Source: a virus
Taxonomy: Duplodnaviria > Caudoviricetes
Length of the DNA: 46,829 nucleotides
Reading direction: 5' to 3' (one strand)
Virus record (IMG/VR): IMGVR_UViG_3300012953_000050
Coordinates: 1-46,829 of that record
Below, piece after piece: positions 46,498-46,829 of the stretch (its first letter is position 1; each line of letters begins with the position of its first letter). The notes beneath the pieces are model-generated. The model was not told the origin of the DNA and did no database searches. It worked only from the letters and a program-made list of their open reading frames with translations. Both the position numbers and the translations under genes were made by a program.

Positions 46498-46564
46498 CGC
46501 TTTACCCTCTTTTAAATTGAGTTAATATATTAAGTTATCATAATACGGTTATATTCAATATAGT

Positions 46565-46572
46565 TATTTATA
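46565..46572 (-). promoter_or_regulatory. T4 late promoter TATAAATA
   Basis: Exact consensus upstream of gp18. Confidence 0.8.
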
Positions 46573-46583
46573 AAAAACGCGAA

Positions 46584-46829
46584 TTAAAGAGTCCCTTTCC
46601 ATTTCGTGTCTTGTTCAAACCAAACCGTACCTTCATCATCTTTAAATGATTCAGGGCCATCTCTACCATCGTTTATAATACCAAATGGTAGTAAATCATC
46701 CTGAATCGCCTTTAATTGTTCTTTGTACAACATATTTTTCATATCTATATTAGATAATGACTGAAATACATCTGTTGTAGTAAACCACGCAAATAATACT
46801 AAATTCATCATTAAATCATCATGATTAGA
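46584..46829 (-). CDS. gp17: Terminase large subunit, C-terminal end (partial)
   Basis: HDDLMMNLVLFAW...PFGIINDG; frame open to window edge; synteny. Confidence 0.85.
   Translation of the reverse strand, partial: SNHDDLMMNLVLFAWFTTTDVFQSLSNIDMKNMLYKEQLKAIQDDLLPFGIINDGRDGPESFKDDEGTVWFEQDTKWKGTL

Noticed and set aside
1-46829. CRISPR array, reverse transcriptase/DGR, transposase, stop-codon reassignment
   Set aside because: No repeat-spacer periodicity or RT/transposase motifs seen; genes translate full-length in the standard code and TAA, TAG and TGA all serve as stops

Overview
A 46.8-kb, AT-rich segment of a T4-like myovirus genome, probably from an aquatic phage of a non-cyanobacterial proteobacterium (inferred from a gammaproteobacterial-type bS21, an IbpA-type sHsp and a bacterial AOX). 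Essentially all real genes are on the minus strand. Read right to left: end of terminase gp17; structural genes gp18-19-20-67-68-21-22-23; a glutamine-riboswitch-like RNA with a YRG-repeat peptide; gp3, uvsY, uvsW, gp55, gp47/46; a CobT/CobS-like pair; gp45/44/62, regA, sHsp, gp43 and an AEP-type primase. Next comes a T4-type dCMP hydroxymethylase (gp42). Where T4 carries beta-glucosyltransferase, this phage has a cassette of myo-inositol-1-phosphate synthase, HAD phosphatase, aGPT-Pplase-like DNA transferase, FkbM methyltransferase, AOX, an SGNH-like protein and an atypical C5-methyltransferase. Then follow bS21, uvsX, gp40, gp41, thyX and a cluster of proteins with capsid-targeting-like N-termini. 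Two tRNAs, many TTTACA-N17-TATAAT early promoters and TATAAATA late promoters are visible. The best candidate for a new system is an inositol-based hypermodification of hydroxymethylcytosine. Other highlights are an expanded glnA-type riboswitch, a ROSE thermometer, leaderless replication genes and an antisense promoter with a G-tract (possible R-loop origin). All calls come from motif recognition by eye; no database searches were run.
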